Shown here piece by piece: positions 28,257 to 38,864 of a stretch of DNA of 64,000 bases; positions within the stretch are counted from its first letter, which is position 1, and each line of letters begins with the position of its first letter. The notes under the pieces were generated by a model that was given only the letters and a program-made list of their open reading frames with translations, was not told the origin of the DNA and did no database searches. Origin of the DNA: an uncultured Verrucomicrobiae bacterium. Its GTDB lineage: Bacteria; Verrucomicrobiota; Verrucomicrobiia; Chthoniobacterales; Chthoniobacteraceae. Position numbers and translations under genes: made by a program. The stretch spans positions 128,001 to 192,000 of the forward strand of contig CAWHEP010000001.1 of the NCBI GenBank assembly GCA_963828525.1, read 5' to 3'.

Positions 28257-28832
28257 GTGGCTGGCCGCAGTATGGTACTTGCTTCCACTTCCCCACGCCG
28301 GCGGTCGCTGCTCATCGAGCATGGCTATGGCGTGGAGATCGTTTCCCCCGATGTTGAGGAATCAGCGCCTGATTACTTCACGCCGGCGGAGATCACTCTC
28401 CTGAACGCGAAGAAAAAGGCGGCGGCGGTAAGCCGCAGACATCCCCAATCGATTGTGCTCGCGGCTGATACGCTCGTCGCGGTGGACGGCAGCATCTTCG
28501 GAAAACCGCGGACCATGGACGAAGCCTTCGACATGTTGCGCCGGTTGAGCGGGCGCGCGCATGAAGTTTTCTCCGGAGTCTGGATGACACGCGCGGGCAC
28601 CGGCGAGAGCCGGCACTTCGTGGAGATGAGCCGGGTGCATTTCCGGAGGCTGGAAGAGGCGGAAATTCGGGATTATTTCACGCGGGTCAACCCCCTCGAT
28701 AAAGCAGGCGGCTACGCCGCGCAGGAGGATGATCCAAGAATCATCATGCGCATTGAAGGATCTCGAACCAACGTCATCGGTCTTCCGATGGAGGCCATTG
28801 AGGCCGCGCTGGCTGAGTTTGGAAGTCCCTAG
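28257..28832 (+). CDS. maf: Maf nucleotide pyrophosphatase
   Basis: VLASTSPRR, ADTLV, GKP, DKAGGY, NVIGLP. Confidence 0.92.
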   Translation: MAGRSMVLASTSPRRRSLLIEHGYGVEIVSPDVEESAPDYFTPAEITLLNAKKKAAAVSRRHPQSIVLAADTLVAVDGSIFGKPRTMDEAFDMLRRLSGRAHEVFSGVWMTRAGTGESRHFVEMSRVHFRRLEEAEIRDYFTRVNPLDKAGGYAAQEDDPRIIMRIEGSRTNVIGLPMEAIEAALAEFGSP

Positions 28833-28858
28833 CGCCGGTCGGGGGGAGGCAGACTGCT

Positions 28859-29125
28859 TCAAAGGTGCAATTGAGGGTATTCCCATTCGGCGAAACCCCC
28901 TTCGCATTTCTGGCTGGGACACCTGAAATGGCATTCCGAGTGTTCATCCTCGAAAACACGAATGTCACGCCCGATGAAAAGATGCTCGCAGGCGGCGCAG
29001 AAACGCAGCTCTGTGATTGACCACCACTGCTTGAAGGCGTCCGCCTTTTGAAGCAGTCGCAGCTTCCGGCTGTCCGTGAGGAGGAGCGGGTGCAATGTCA
29101 GTGCTTTCTTTGTTCCGGGGCCCAT
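28859..29125 (-). CDS. Small hypothetical protein with CxxC and CxxxxC (putative Zn-binding)
   Basis: FCAACEHLFIG...RCPSQKC. Start chosen at ATG 29125 (alternative 29188). Confidence 0.55.
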   Translation of the reverse strand: MGPGTKKALTLHPLLLTDSRKLRLLQKADAFKQWWSITELRFCAACEHLFIGRDIRVFEDEHSECHFRCPSQKCEGGFAEWEYPQLHL

Positions 29126-29296
29126 GTCAGAAGATACGCTTGGCAGGGTGTCGAGGCAAATCCCGGCACGGGCGTTCTCCTTCGGCAATGGCCGCCTGGC
29201 GCGTCATAAAATCGCTACTTGACCTTTCTTCTCCCTTTCACCATCAATTACCGCCATCAAAAGCCCAGCATCCAATTGGCCGGGCGGCATACTTCT

Positions 29297-31615
29297 ATGA
29301 AATCCAGCCAACTTGACCTGTTCCGGGACGTGCTCCGCCGGATTCTACTCTCGGTGTTCCTTGTAGGCAGTGGCCTCGCGCAGGCGCAGCAGCAGTCCCC
29401 GCCGGTGGTAAGGCAAATTGAAATCCAATATGCCGGACCCGCTACGGTCAGCCGTGAGCGGATCATTGCCAATATGCGAACCGCGGTTGGGAAGGTCTAC
29501 TCAGACCAGGTTGTCGAGGAGGATATCCGCAACTTGTATGCGACCGGCAACATCACCAATGTCCGAATTTTCGGCGAGCCCCTTTCGGACGGAGTGAAGG
29601 TCGTTGTTGTGCTCCAGACGAAGTCAAAAGTGGGCGAGATCGTCCTGAATGGTGTCACGGAATTGAAGGTGAAGTCGCTGCGCAAGGAATTCACGACGAA
29701 GGTGGGCGACACACTCACGGAGTCCAATCTTGAGCAGGATCGGCAGAAGATCCTCGATGACTATCAGGAGAAGGGCTACAAGGACACGGAAGTCAAATCC
29801 CGGACAGAGTCGAATGAGTTGACGGGACAGACCCGCGTCATCTTCGACGTCAAGGAAGGCGGCAGAACGGTAATCTCCGTCGTGAGCTTCGAAGGTAACC
29901 ACGTGTTTACCGCAAAGCAGTTGCGGCACGAGGTCAAAACAGGGCCTCATAACCTCCTCTCTTTCATCACAAAGAAGGGACTGCTACAGAATGACCAGAT
30001 CGATGAGGACCTTACGAGCCTGCGCGAATTCTACCAGAACCACGGCTATATAGACGTCGAAGTTCCCTCGCCACGCATCGATTCCTACAGCAGCGGGAAG
30101 GTCGGGGTGGTGTTTCAGATCGTGGAAGGAAATCAATATCACGTTGGCCGCGTGGACGTTTCCGGCCAGACGCTATTCACCGGCGATGAGATCGCCAGAA
30201 AGCTCAAGCTAATGCCGGGGAAGGTCTATTCCCCCAAAGCGATGAGGGATGACACGAAGGCCATTCAGGACCTGTATGGCGCGAAGGGGTATGTTGATCT
30301 CGCTGTCACGCCCGAGACCGTTTCCGGTGGCGCGGGATTGATCAACGTGACCTTCAAACTGGATGAAGGTCTTCAGTCCTATATCGAACGCATCAATATT
30401 CAGGGCAATACACGCACAAAGGACAAAGTCATCCGTCGCGAACTCGATGTCGCTCCCGGTGAACTTTATGACACGACAAAGGTCGATCTCAGCAAGGAGC
30501 GGCTCAAGAATCTAAATTACTTCGGCAAGATCGAAACCTATCCCACCGAAACCTCCGTTCCGGGCCGCAAGGATCTCAATGTTCTCGTCGAGGAGAAGAG
30601 AACCGGCACGTTCAACTTCGGAGCGGGATTCAGTTCGATCGACAGCCTCATCGGTTTTGCCGAAATCCAGCAGAGCAACTTCGATCTTTTTGGGTATCCA
30701 CACTTCGTTGGCGGTGGCCAGAGGATGAGAATGCGGGTGCAGTTGGGAAATCAGCGGCAGGATTTGATCATCGGTCTAACCGAGCCTTGGTTCCTCGATT
30801 ATCAGGTCGCTGTCGGTGGTGAACTCTTCTTCCACAATGCGAGCTACCTCAGCACCTATTACAATCAGACGGACTACGGGTTTGATCTGAATGCCAGGAA
30901 AGCCCTGACAAACTTCCTCGCGGTGCGACTGGATTACCGAATTGAGGAAATTGGAATCAATGGAATCAGCTCGGATGCGTCGCAACAGATCAAGGCAGAA
31001 CGCGGATCACTGCTAAAAAGCTCTCTCACCACGGGTCTTACCTACGATACGAGGGACAACCTTTTCCTTACGCGTCATGGGCAGAAGATTGACTTCTCCA
31101 TCTACGCTGCTGGCGGCCCTCTTGGAGGCCAGGACAAGATTTACGGGTTCGACCTGAAAGGCAGTCAGTATTTCCTGCTGCCTTACGACACCATTCTGCT
31201 GTTCAGCGGCGAAGCAGCCACGGTCAGCACCTGGTTCAATGGAACGCGTGTGCCGATCTTTGATCGCCTGTTCCTTGGCGGCGCCAATGATCTGCGTGGT
31301 TTCAAATACAGGGACGTGGGTCCCAAGGATCATAATGGCGAACCACTTGGAGGCGACACCATGGCCCGCGCTACCGTGGAATACACCTTCCCGATCGTCG
31401 AACGACTCCGCGGAGCCGTTTTCTCCGACGCGGGCATCGTGAACGGTGGTTCCTACGATTTTAACACCAGCAACATCAACTCAGACGTCGGTATCGGCGC
31501 TCGCATTGATCTGCCAATCGGCCCCGTGCGTCTTGATTATGGCGTTCCGCTCCAGACAGATTCCTTCAATGGACATGGCGGGAAATTTAATTTCAATATC
31601 GGTTATCAATTTTGA
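29297..31615 (+). CDS. bamA: Outer membrane protein assembly factor BamA
   Basis: POTRA repeats, GNTRTKDKVIRRE, LRGF motif, C-terminal ...IGYQF. Confidence 0.95.
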   Translation: MKSSQLDLFRDVLRRILLSVFLVGSGLAQAQQQSPPVVRQIEIQYAGPATVSRERIIANMRTAVGKVYSDQVVEEDIRNLYATGNITNVRIFGEPLSDGVKVVVVLQTKSKVGEIVLNGVTELKVKSLRKEFTTKVGDTLTESNLEQDRQKILDDYQEKGYKDTEVKSRTESNELTGQTRVIFDVKEGGRTVISVVSFEGNHVFTAKQLRHEVKTGPHNLLSFITKKGLLQNDQIDEDLTSLREFYQNHGYIDVEVPSPRIDSYSSGKVGVVFQIVEGNQYHVGRVDVSGQTLFTGDEIARKLKLMPGKVYSPKAMRDDTKAIQDLYGAKGYVDLAVTPETVSGGAGLINVTFKLDEGLQSYIERINIQGNTRTKDKVIRRELDVAPGELYDTTKVDLSKERLKNLNYFGKIETYPTETSVPGRKDLNVLVEEKRTGTFNFGAGFSSIDSLIGFAEIQQSNFDLFGYPHFVGGGQRMRMRVQLGNQRQDLIIGLTEPWFLDYQVAVGGELFFHNASYLSTYYNQTDYGFDLNARKALTNFLAVRLDYRIEEIGINGISSDASQQIKAERGSLLKSSLTTGLTYDTRDNLFLTRHGQKIDFSIYAAGGPLGGQDKIYGFDLKGSQYFLLPYDTILLFSGEAATVSTWFNGTRVPIFDRLFLGGANDLRGFKYRDVGPKDHNGEPLGGDTMARATVEYTFPIVERLRGAVFSDAGIVNGGSYDFNTSNINSDVGIGARIDLPIGPVRLDYGVPLQTDSFNGHGGKFNFNIGYQF

Positions 31616-31671
31616 ACGAATGCGCGAGTGTGCGGTCTTAGTTCATCCAATTTAGCTCTCTTCGCGTCTCT

Positions 31672-32271
31672 ATGAAAAAACTCGCAAGCTTCGTCACAAT
31701 CCTCCTGCTCGCTCTTTGCGCCGCAGTTCCTTCCGCTCATGCGCAGTCAAAGATCGGCATGGTGGATATGAACAAGATTTTCTCTTCCTATTCGAAGACG
31801 AAGGACGCCGAATCGCGGATCAATGAAGCGCGCGCCCGGGCGAAGCGTGATTTGGATGATCGCATGGATACTTACAAGAAGACCATGGACGACATCAACC
31901 AGTTGAATATCGAGATTGACCGTCCTGAACTCAGCAAACAGCTGAAAGATGAAAAGATGAAGTCGCGCGACGATAAAATCGCGGAGACGAAGAACCTGGA
32001 GAGAGAGATCACTGAATTCCGCCAGCAGCGTGAGAAGGAACTGCAGGATCAGGCGGTGCGGATGCGCAACGCGATTGTGGATGAGATCACCAAGCTGGTG
32101 CAGGATAAGGTTAAAACGGAGAACTACGACTTGGTATTCGATAAGTCGGGCCAGAGTTTGAATGGCGTTCCCATTGTGCTTTTCTCCAGGGACAACATGG
32201 ATTTCAGCGACGACATCATCACGCAGCTCAATAAAGCTTCGCACCTGAGTTCCGCTTCAAAGCCAAAATAA
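31672..32271 (+). CDS. skp: Skp/OmpH periplasmic chaperone
   Basis: Signal peptide, KIGMVDM, coiled coil, YDLVFDK; lies between bamA and lpxD. Confidence 0.9.
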   Translation: MKKLASFVTILLLALCAAVPSAHAQSKIGMVDMNKIFSSYSKTKDAESRINEARARAKRDLDDRMDTYKKTMDDINQLNIEIDRPELSKQLKDEKMKSRDDKIAETKNLEREITEFRQQREKELQDQAVRMRNAIVDEITKLVQDKVKTENYDLVFDKSGQSLNGVPIVLFSRDNMDFSDDIITQLNKASHLSSASKPK

Positions 32272-32277
32272 GGTCCG

Positions 32278-33351
32278 GTGAACAGCCTCACCGTCGAGGA
32301 ACTGGCGGCGCTGGTCGGCGGAGAGATCGCGGGTGGCTCTGGGGCTGCCCTCATCCAAGGGGTTGCGGCTCTCGGCGACGCGGTTGAAGGTCAGGTCTCA
32401 TTCTTTGGCAACCCAAAGTATGCGCAAGCGCTCAGGAACACGCGCGCTTCCGCTGTGCTGGTGCCCATGGATTTCGTGGGAGAACTGCCGGCGGTTCGGA
32501 TCCGTGTCTCGAATCCCTCGCTGGCCTTTGCCCGCCTTATCGAGCAGTTTGCTCAACCCGCTGTTGCCTTCCCTCCAGGAGTTGACCCGCGCGCAGTCAT
32601 TTCTGGCAGCGCGACGCTTGGCGAAGGCGTCTCTATACAGCCCTTTGTGGTGATCGAAGCGGGAGCACGGATCGGGAAGGGAACACTGCTGCACTCGCAC
32701 ACCTACGTGGGACATAACGCGGTTGTTGGCGAGAATTGCACGATTTTCCCCAGTGTTTCGATTCGGGAAGGATGCGAGATCGGAAACCGGGTCATCATTC
32801 ATTGCGGGGCAGTCATCGGCAGTGATGGGTTCGGGTTTGAAAACGTGAATGGCAAGCACGTCAAAATTCCACAGACAGGCATTGTCCGCATTGATGACGA
32901 TGTCGAGATTGGGGCAAACACGACCATAGACCGGGCGCGTTTTGGCCGAACCTGGATTCAGGAGGGCAGCAAGATCGATAATCTTGTGCAGATCGCGCAT
33001 AATGTTGTCGTCGGAAAACACTCGCTGATTGTGGCTCAAGCGGGAATCTCTGGCAGCTCAAAACTGGGACAGTATGTCACTCTTGCTGGGCAGGCAGGAC
33101 TCGTGGGACATATCGAGGTAGGAGATTTTGCAATTGTGGCGGCGAAAGCGGGGGTCAGCAAGAATGTCCCAGAGAAGGAGGTTTGGCTCGGAACCCCCGC
33201 TACTCCCATGAGGGAGCAGAAAGAGAAATTCGCGAACATCAATCGTCTTCCCAAGCTTTTTGCGCGCGTGAGGAAGCTGGAGAAGATGCTGGACGCGTTG
33301 GGGTTGCATCCGGTGGACGAATCGGAAGCGGCCGAGCCTCCATCCAGTTAG
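32278..33351 (+). CDS. lpxD: UDP-3-O-acylglucosamine N-acyltransferase
   Basis: Hexapeptide repeats, [20 protein letters not shown]. Confidence 0.95.
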   Translation: MNSLTVEELAALVGGEIAGGSGAALIQGVAALGDAVEGQVSFFGNPKYAQALRNTRASAVLVPMDFVGELPAVRIRVSNPSLAFARLIEQFAQPAVAFPPGVDPRAVISGSATLGEGVSIQPFVVIEAGARIGKGTLLHSHTYVGHNAVVGENCTIFPSVSIREGCEIGNRVIIHCGAVIGSDGFGFENVNGKHVKIPQTGIVRIDDDVEIGANTTIDRARFGRTWIQEGSKIDNLVQIAHNVVVGKHSLIVAQAGISGSSKLGQYVTLAGQAGLVGHIEVGDFAIVAAKAGVSKNVPEKEVWLGTPATPMREQKEKFANINRLPKLFARVRKLEKMLDALGLHPVDESEAAEPPSS

Positions 33352-33362
33352 ACACGCCGCCC

Positions 33363-33390
33363 TTGTCAACGGGTCAGGCCGTTCTATTGT
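33363..33390 (+). promoter_or_regulatory. Possible sigma70 promoter
   Basis: TTGTCA-16 nt-TATTGT upstream of ATG 33416. Confidence 0.3.
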
Positions 33391-33415
33391 ATGCTCGCTT
33401 TTAATAGGAAGCGAG

Positions 33416-33871
33416 ATGAAGACCGCGAAGCGCAAACGCAAATTGATGCACCCCAAACTGCCGATGCAGCGGCAGTTCCCATTTCAGCATGAGGGGCGGT
33501 ATTTCGATCTAAAAGCGATCTTCGACAAGATAAACGCGCGGTATTTCTCCAACAGGTTGCGGCGTTACACCATAACTTGGGGAAGGAAGCGTAAGCTCCG
33601 CCCTAAAGAGTATTTTGTGTTCGGAACGATCCAGGAGGACGACCGCCTCATAAGGATCCATCCACTGCTGGACGCTCCCTTTGTCCCCGCGTGGTTTCTC
33701 GAGTACGTCATCTTTCACGAGATGCTCCACTCCGTTGTTCCCGACGAGTTGGACCCAAGCGGACGCCGGCGTGTTCATACCGAGGCCTTCAACCTGCGGG
33801 AGCGAGAGTTTCGGTTCTACAAGCGCGCCCGCTTGTGGGAAGAAGAGAATCTTGCCCGGTTCCTGCGGTAA
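33416..33871 (+). CDS. SprT-like Zn metalloprotease-domain protein
   Basis: IFDKINARYF, IRIHPLLD, VIFHEMLH (HExxH), H..AF. Confidence 0.7.
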   Translation: MKTAKRKRKLMHPKLPMQRQFPFQHEGRYFDLKAIFDKINARYFSNRLRRYTITWGRKRKLRPKEYFVFGTIQEDDRLIRIHPLLDAPFVPAWFLEYVIFHEMLHSVVPDELDPSGRRRVHTEAFNLREREFRFYKRARLWEEENLARFLR

Positions 33872-33892
33872 TTTTTTGCGCTGACACGTACG

Positions 33893-34987
33893 ATGACGGG
33901 GAGCAAGCAGAGAGTCGTTGTGGGAATGAGCGGTGGCGTCGATTCCAGTGTGGCGGCCTATCTTCTGAAGGAGCAGGGTTATGATGTGGTTGGGGTCACG
34001 TTGAAAGTGTGGCCCCAGGATTGCATCTCGCGCGCGGAGGACAAGTGCTGCGGGCCGCAAGCCATAGCCGATGCCCGCGGGGTTGCCCATTCGCTTGGCA
34101 TCCCCCATTACGTAGTGGATGAAGCGGATCAGTTCGAAAAGCTGGTGATCGACTATTTCACCTCAGAATACCAGGCGGGCAGGACCCCGAATCCCTGTGT
34201 GATGTGCAATGAGAAGCTGAAGTTCGGGAATCTCTGGACGAAAGCGCGCGCGATAGGCGCGGAATTCGTGGCCACCGGACACTATGCGATCATTGAGCAC
34301 CACGATACCCATGCGGTGCTGCGGAAGGGCCTGGACCCCCGGAAGGACCAGTCCTACTTTCTTTTCAGCCTGCGCCAGGCGCAGCTACAGCGGGCGCTCA
34401 CTCCTTTGGGGGGAATGACGAAGCCGGAGATTCGCGACATCGCTCGCTCTCTTGGCCTCAAGGTGGCGGAGAAGGTGGACAGCCAGGAAATCTGCTTCGT
34501 CCCGGGGAATGATTACAAGGCCTTCCTGCGGACGCATATGGACAGCGACCAATTTCATCGTGGCGGCATATTCGATCTGGATGGCAACCATCTGGGAGAC
34601 CACGAAGGCATCGAGATGTTCACCGTCGGACAGCGTAAGGGCTTGCCGGGCGGGGCGTTGCAGGCCCGTTACGTCGTGGATATCGATCCCGCCACGAATC
34701 GTGTCACAGTGGGCAACGCGGGCGACCTGGAGAGCGAAGAGTTCGAGGTGGATCGCATCAACTGGCTTTGTGACGACGAGCCCCCCGCAGAGGTGGAGGT
34801 GAAGATCCGCTACAGCCATCCTGGCGCCGCCGCCACGATTCTCCCGCTCGCGGAAAACAGGGCGCGAGTGAAACTTCATCAGCCGCAGAGAGCGGTGACT
34901 CCTGGGCAGGCCGCAGTATTCTATGTTGGGGCTCGTGTCATTGGTGGCGGATGGATTTGCCGGCTCCCGGTGCCCGCTGCCGCTTGA
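33893..34987 (+). CDS. mnmA: tRNA-specific 2-thiouridylase
   Basis: SGGVDS, TPNPCVMCN, ATGHY, KDQSYFL, SQEICF, PGQAAV. Confidence 0.96.
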   Translation: MTGSKQRVVVGMSGGVDSSVAAYLLKEQGYDVVGVTLKVWPQDCISRAEDKCCGPQAIADARGVAHSLGIPHYVVDEADQFEKLVIDYFTSEYQAGRTPNPCVMCNEKLKFGNLWTKARAIGAEFVATGHYAIIEHHDTHAVLRKGLDPRKDQSYFLFSLRQAQLQRALTPLGGMTKPEIRDIARSLGLKVAEKVDSQEICFVPGNDYKAFLRTHMDSDQFHRGGIFDLDGNHLGDHEGIEMFTVGQRKGLPGGALQARYVVDIDPATNRVTVGNAGDLESEEFEVDRINWLCDDEPPAEVEVKIRYSHPGAAATILPLAENRARVKLHQPQRAVTPGQAAVFYVGARVIGGGWICRLPVPAAA

Positions 34988-34992
34988 GTGTC

Positions 34993-35331
34993 ATGTCGGC
35001 GGCATTGGTGATTACCACCTTCCCTCACTTGGAACCCGCTCGGAGCGCGATCCGCGCAATCGTAGCCGAGCGCCTCGCGGCCTGCGGCACGATCATCCCG
35101 GGAGCGGAATCTATCTACACATGGAAGGGGAAGATCGAGACAGCTCGAGAGACGATGGTCCTTTTCAAGACTTTACGGAGTAGCTATCCCGCCCTTGAGC
35201 AGCGTCTGAGGCAGATCCACCCTTTTGAAACGCCGGAGATCATAGCCATTGATATTTCGACGGGCGCCAATGGGTATTTGGACTGGATCGCGGAGTGGTG
35301 CGCGGTTGCTCCCGGCGTGACCCGTGAATAG
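34993..35331 (+). CDS. cutA: Divalent cation tolerance protein CutA
   Basis: ERLAAC, SIYTWKG, HPFETPEI, YLDW. Confidence 0.9.
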   Translation: MSAALVITTFPHLEPARSAIRAIVAERLAACGTIIPGAESIYTWKGKIETARETMVLFKTLRSSYPALEQRLRQIHPFETPEIIAIDISTGANGYLDWIAEWCAVAPGVTRE

Positions 35332-35394
35332 TGAACCTATCGGCGTGTGATTCCTCTCCTCGCGGTGACAAAGCTTGCTGGCCCGGGCCACGGG

Positions 35395-35940
35395 ATGGCG
35401 CACTTTGAGCGGCTTGCGGCCAGTTCGCCTCTTGCCACAATCATGGTCGGCGCGAGCCTGCTCCTGTTTGGCCGCAAGTTGTTTTGGCTGTTTGTCGGGG
35501 TCATGGGGTTTATCGGTGGGCTGGTTCTCGCTCACAATCTCTTTCAAGGTGAGCCCGAAGCAGTTCTGCTCGCCATCGGTTTAGGGGTTGGCCTCGTCGG
35601 CGCGCTGTTGACGATCTTTTTGCAGAAGCTTGCCGTCAGCATCGCCGGGTTCATCGCGGGGAGCTATATCGCGCTCGAAATCCTGAACCGCTCGGGAGGT
35701 TCTGAGTTCCGGTACGGATGGGTCCTGTGTCTCATAGGCGGCGCTTTGGGCGCCGTCCTGGTTGCAGGTCTCTTTGCGTGGGCGCTCATCATTCTTTCCT
35801 CGCTGCTGGGCGCTTCTTTCATCGCGCGGGGCCTCCATCTTTCAACCAGCACATCCAGCCTGTTGTTGCTGGGACTCTGCGCTGTGGGGATCTTGTTTCA
35901 AGCGGGTTTGTTTGGCGGACGCTCCCGGGAGGAACGGTGA
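35395..35940 (+). CDS. Multi-pass membrane protein (DUF4203/TMEM198-like)
   Basis: LLLFGRKLFWLFVG and Gly-rich TM helices. Start at 35395 or 35347. Confidence 0.65.
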   Translation: MAHFERLAASSPLATIMVGASLLLFGRKLFWLFVGVMGFIGGLVLAHNLFQGEPEAVLLAIGLGVGLVGALLTIFLQKLAVSIAGFIAGSYIALEILNRSGGSEFRYGWVLCLIGGALGAVLVAGLFAWALIILSSLLGASFIARGLHLSTSTSSLLLLGLCAVGILFQAGLFGGRSREER

Positions 35941-37301
35941 AGCTCTCCACCATCCAGGAGACACTTGCTCTTTTAGACCTGACGCCAAGCAAGAGCATGG
36001 GCCAAAATTTTCTTCACGACCAAAATCTTGCTCGCTGGATTGTGGATCAACTTGAGTTGTCCTCAGAGGATCATTTGGTTGAGATAGGACCCGGATTGGG
36101 CGCCCTCACGGAGCTTGCCCTGCCGCTTTGCGGAGGCGCCACTCTCCTAGAAAAGGATGGACGGCTGGCAGGGTTTCTCAAAGAGCGGTTTGCCTCGGAT
36201 CGCGTAGAAGTGATGCATGAGGACGCAATCGCGTTTGATCAGCGCGTCCTTTTTGAAAAAAGGCCGGTCAAGGTCGTCGGGAATCTGCCGTATTACGTCA
36301 CCAGCCCCATCCTCTTCAAGTTTACGGCCTCTCCGTCTCCAGTGAAGAGGATGGTTATCACCATGCAACGAGAACTTGCCGAGCGGCTGGCGGCAAAGCC
36401 CTCCACAAAGGCGTATGGCTCTCTCACGCTTGCCATTCAGCGCCAGTGGCGGGTGAAATACCTCAAGACGCTTCCCGCGTCTGTTTTTGTGCCACAGCCG
36501 AAGGTGGAATCCGCTGTCGTTCTGCTGGTCCCCCGTGAGCCCGACGAGGTTCCAGATTGTGATGGCGCAACGTTCGAGCGGCTCGTAAGAGCGGGCTTTT
36601 CACAACGACGCAAGCAGCTTCGCAAGATGATTGCCGCCGAAGTCGGTGACTGGGCCGCCACTGCTCTCTTCCTCGGAGTGCCTGAGACTGCGCGCGCCGA
36701 GGAACTGAGTCTCTTACAGTGGATCGCGCTTGCTAACCGAGTTGCGCCAATAGCGGAAGGCGGGGCGCAGAACGTGCATGATGAGATTTTCGATACCGTT
36801 GACGCGAGCGATAATGTGGTTGGCAGAGCGACTCGCCACGAAACGCACACGAACCACCTTTACCACCGCGCTGTGCATATTTTTGTCTTCAACGCCGCGG
36901 GTGACCTCTTTCTGCAGAAACGATCTCGATGGAAGGACGCCCATCCTTCCTGCTGGGATTCCAGCGCCGCCGGTCACGTGGATACCGGGCGGGGTTATGA
37001 AGAGACTGCGGCGCGTGAGTTGAAGGAAGAGATCGGGATTTCGGCGCCGGTCGAGTTCGTCGGCTCGCTTCCACCATCCGCCGCAACCGGCCAGGAGTTT
37101 GTCCACTTGTTCCGCGCGAAGCACGAAGGGCCATTCAAACTCGCGCCGGCGGAGATTGAGTGCGGGGCGTTCTTTCCTCTGGGAGTTATCAGGAGGTGGA
37201 TTGCCGCGCGTCCTGAAGATTTCGCCTCCGGCTTTGTCGAATGCCTGCGATTGTTTACAGCTTGCCAGGGCGGCGGACGCGCCGCTGTCTTGGCGAACTA
37301 A
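35937..37301 (+). CDS. rsmA: 16S rRNA dimethyltransferase RsmA/KsgA fused to a C-terminal NUDIX (IDI-like) domain
   Basis: MGQNFL, EIGPGLG, GNLPY, PQPKVES, then HRAVHIF, LQKRS, WDSSAAGH, AARELKEEIG. GTGA overlap with the upstream gene. Confidence 0.9.
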   Translation: MKLSTIQETLALLDLTPSKSMGQNFLHDQNLARWIVDQLELSSEDHLVEIGPGLGALTELALPLCGGATLLEKDGRLAGFLKERFASDRVEVMHEDAIAFDQRVLFEKRPVKVVGNLPYYVTSPILFKFTASPSPVKRMVITMQRELAERLAAKPSTKAYGSLTLAIQRQWRVKYLKTLPASVFVPQPKVESAVVLLVPREPDEVPDCDGATFERLVRAGFSQRRKQLRKMIAAEVGDWAATALFLGVPETARAEELSLLQWIALANRVAPIAEGGAQNVHDEIFDTVDASDNVVGRATRHETHTNHLYHRAVHIFVFNAAGDLFLQKRSRWKDAHPSCWDSSAAGHVDTGRGYEETAARELKEEIGISAPVEFVGSLPPSAATGQEFVHLFRAKHEGPFKLAPAEIECGAFFPLGVIRRWIAARPEDFASGFVECLRLFTACQGGGRAAVLAN

Positions 37302-37322
37302 CCAACCAAGCCAAAGCGCAGT

Positions 37323-38861
37323 GTGATAACGTCTCTCGAACTGAAGCCAAGCCAGATTCGGGCGCTCCTGATCCTGCTTGTGCTTCTGCCGTTCATACCC
37401 ACGGTGCTGATGGTTCGCTTCATTGTGGCCACCGTCAGCGCCGAGCGTGACGCGGCGAAGGAAAGAACGGCAGATCTTTACCAGCGTTCTCTGGCGACAG
37501 TCGGCTCGCTTTTGGGCAGCCATCTAAACGCCGTCTCGTTCGAGTCAGGCGACTCTGCAAAGGAACATTTCCGCAGCCTCGTCGTGGAACAATATATGGA
37601 CGGAGCTGTGATCTATGACGACAAGGGCCGAATCTTGTATCCGCGCGGCGTGGGTCTCGATCCGGAGGGAGACCAACCCGGCGACCCCCGGGTGGCAGCG
37701 GCGTATAGGTTATCGCTCGCGGTGGAGCGTTTCGAACCCGCCAGCCTTTTTCCGTCTGCGGCCGCTGTGTGGACTGCCATTCCTGCTTTCCCGGAGAGCG
37801 TCTACGGACTCCATATACGGCGAAAAGGGATTGATCTGATCCTGCTCCGGCGCGGAAAGACGCTCCTCCAGTCGGTCGAGGGGTTCTACGCGCGCACTTT
37901 CGATCCCCTCGTTTCGGTGCGCATCGTGGATGGAGCCGGAGGAATTGTTCCGCGGGTCATGGACCCATCGGACGAGCTGGTGGCGGAGGCGTCGATAGCC
38001 GATACGATTCCCGGTTGGGGTGTTCACCTGTTCCTAAAAAAGTCGCCTGCGAGAGTGACTGCCGCGTTCCTCCCGCAAGACCAGGCGGCGGCGTTTGCTC
38101 TAGGGACGGCTATCATCGCTAATCTTTTCATCGCTGGACTCGCGGCTTTTGCTGTGAGCCGTCAACTGAGGCTGAACGAGCTTCGCAACAGCTCCCTCGC
38201 CACCGTCTCGCATGAGTTAAAGACGCCAATCTCCGCCGCGCGCGTGCTGTTGGATACACTGCTGGATGGCCGGATTCAGGACGCCGGCGCTACGCGGGAA
38301 TACATCGAGATGATCTCGCAGGAGAACCACCGTTTGGCGCGGCTCATCGAGAAATTCCTCACTGCCGCGCGCATTGAAAGGAGCGCGTATGCCTTCAACA
38401 AAGTCAAGACGCTGCCATCCGAGATCGTGGACTCCGCTGTCGCTATCATAGGACACAGGTTCAAGGAAGCGGCGTGTCCGCTGGAGGTGCGGATCGAGCC
38501 TGGGGTCAGCGCCATCTCAGTGGATCGGGACGCGATTGTAATCGTCCTCGTGAACTTGCTCGAGAACGCGCTGAAATACACCGGCAGGCAGAAAGAGATC
38601 AGCCTCCTCGTCCGAGAAGCGGGGAAGTACATCATCTTTGAGGTGCGCGATAATGGGGCGGGCATTGCCCGGCGTTACAGGAAGGCAGTGTTCGAGAGAT
38701 TCTTCCAGGTTGATCAGAAACTCTCGAGAATGCAGGAAGGTGCCGGCCTTGGCCTCAGTATCGTGAAGAGCATCCTCGATGCGCACGGCGGGAAGGTAAA
38801 ACTCACAAGTTCATTGAACGAGGGCAGCGTTTTCGCGGTCAGTATTCCAACCCTCGTCTAG
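37323..38861 (+). CDS. Membrane sensor histidine kinase
   Basis: Two TM helices, SHELKTP, NLLENALKY, DNGAG, GAGLGL. Confidence 0.9.
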   Translation: MITSLELKPSQIRALLILLVLLPFIPTVLMVRFIVATVSAERDAAKERTADLYQRSLATVGSLLGSHLNAVSFESGDSAKEHFRSLVVEQYMDGAVIYDDKGRILYPRGVGLDPEGDQPGDPRVAAAYRLSLAVERFEPASLFPSAAAVWTAIPAFPESVYGLHIRRKGIDLILLRRGKTLLQSVEGFYARTFDPLVSVRIVDGAGGIVPRVMDPSDELVAEASIADTIPGWGVHLFLKKSPARVTAAFLPQDQAAAFALGTAIIANLFIAGLAAFAVSRQLRLNELRNSSLATVSHELKTPISAARVLLDTLLDGRIQDAGATREYIEMISQENHRLARLIEKFLTAARIERSAYAFNKVKTLPSEIVDSAVAIIGHRFKEAACPLEVRIEPGVSAISVDRDAIVIVLVNLLENALKYTGRQKEISLLVREAGKYIIFEVRDNGAGIARRYRKAVFERFFQVDQKLSRMQEGAGLGLSIVKSILDAHGGKVKLTSSLNEGSVFAVSIPTLV

Positions 38862-38864
38862 CCC

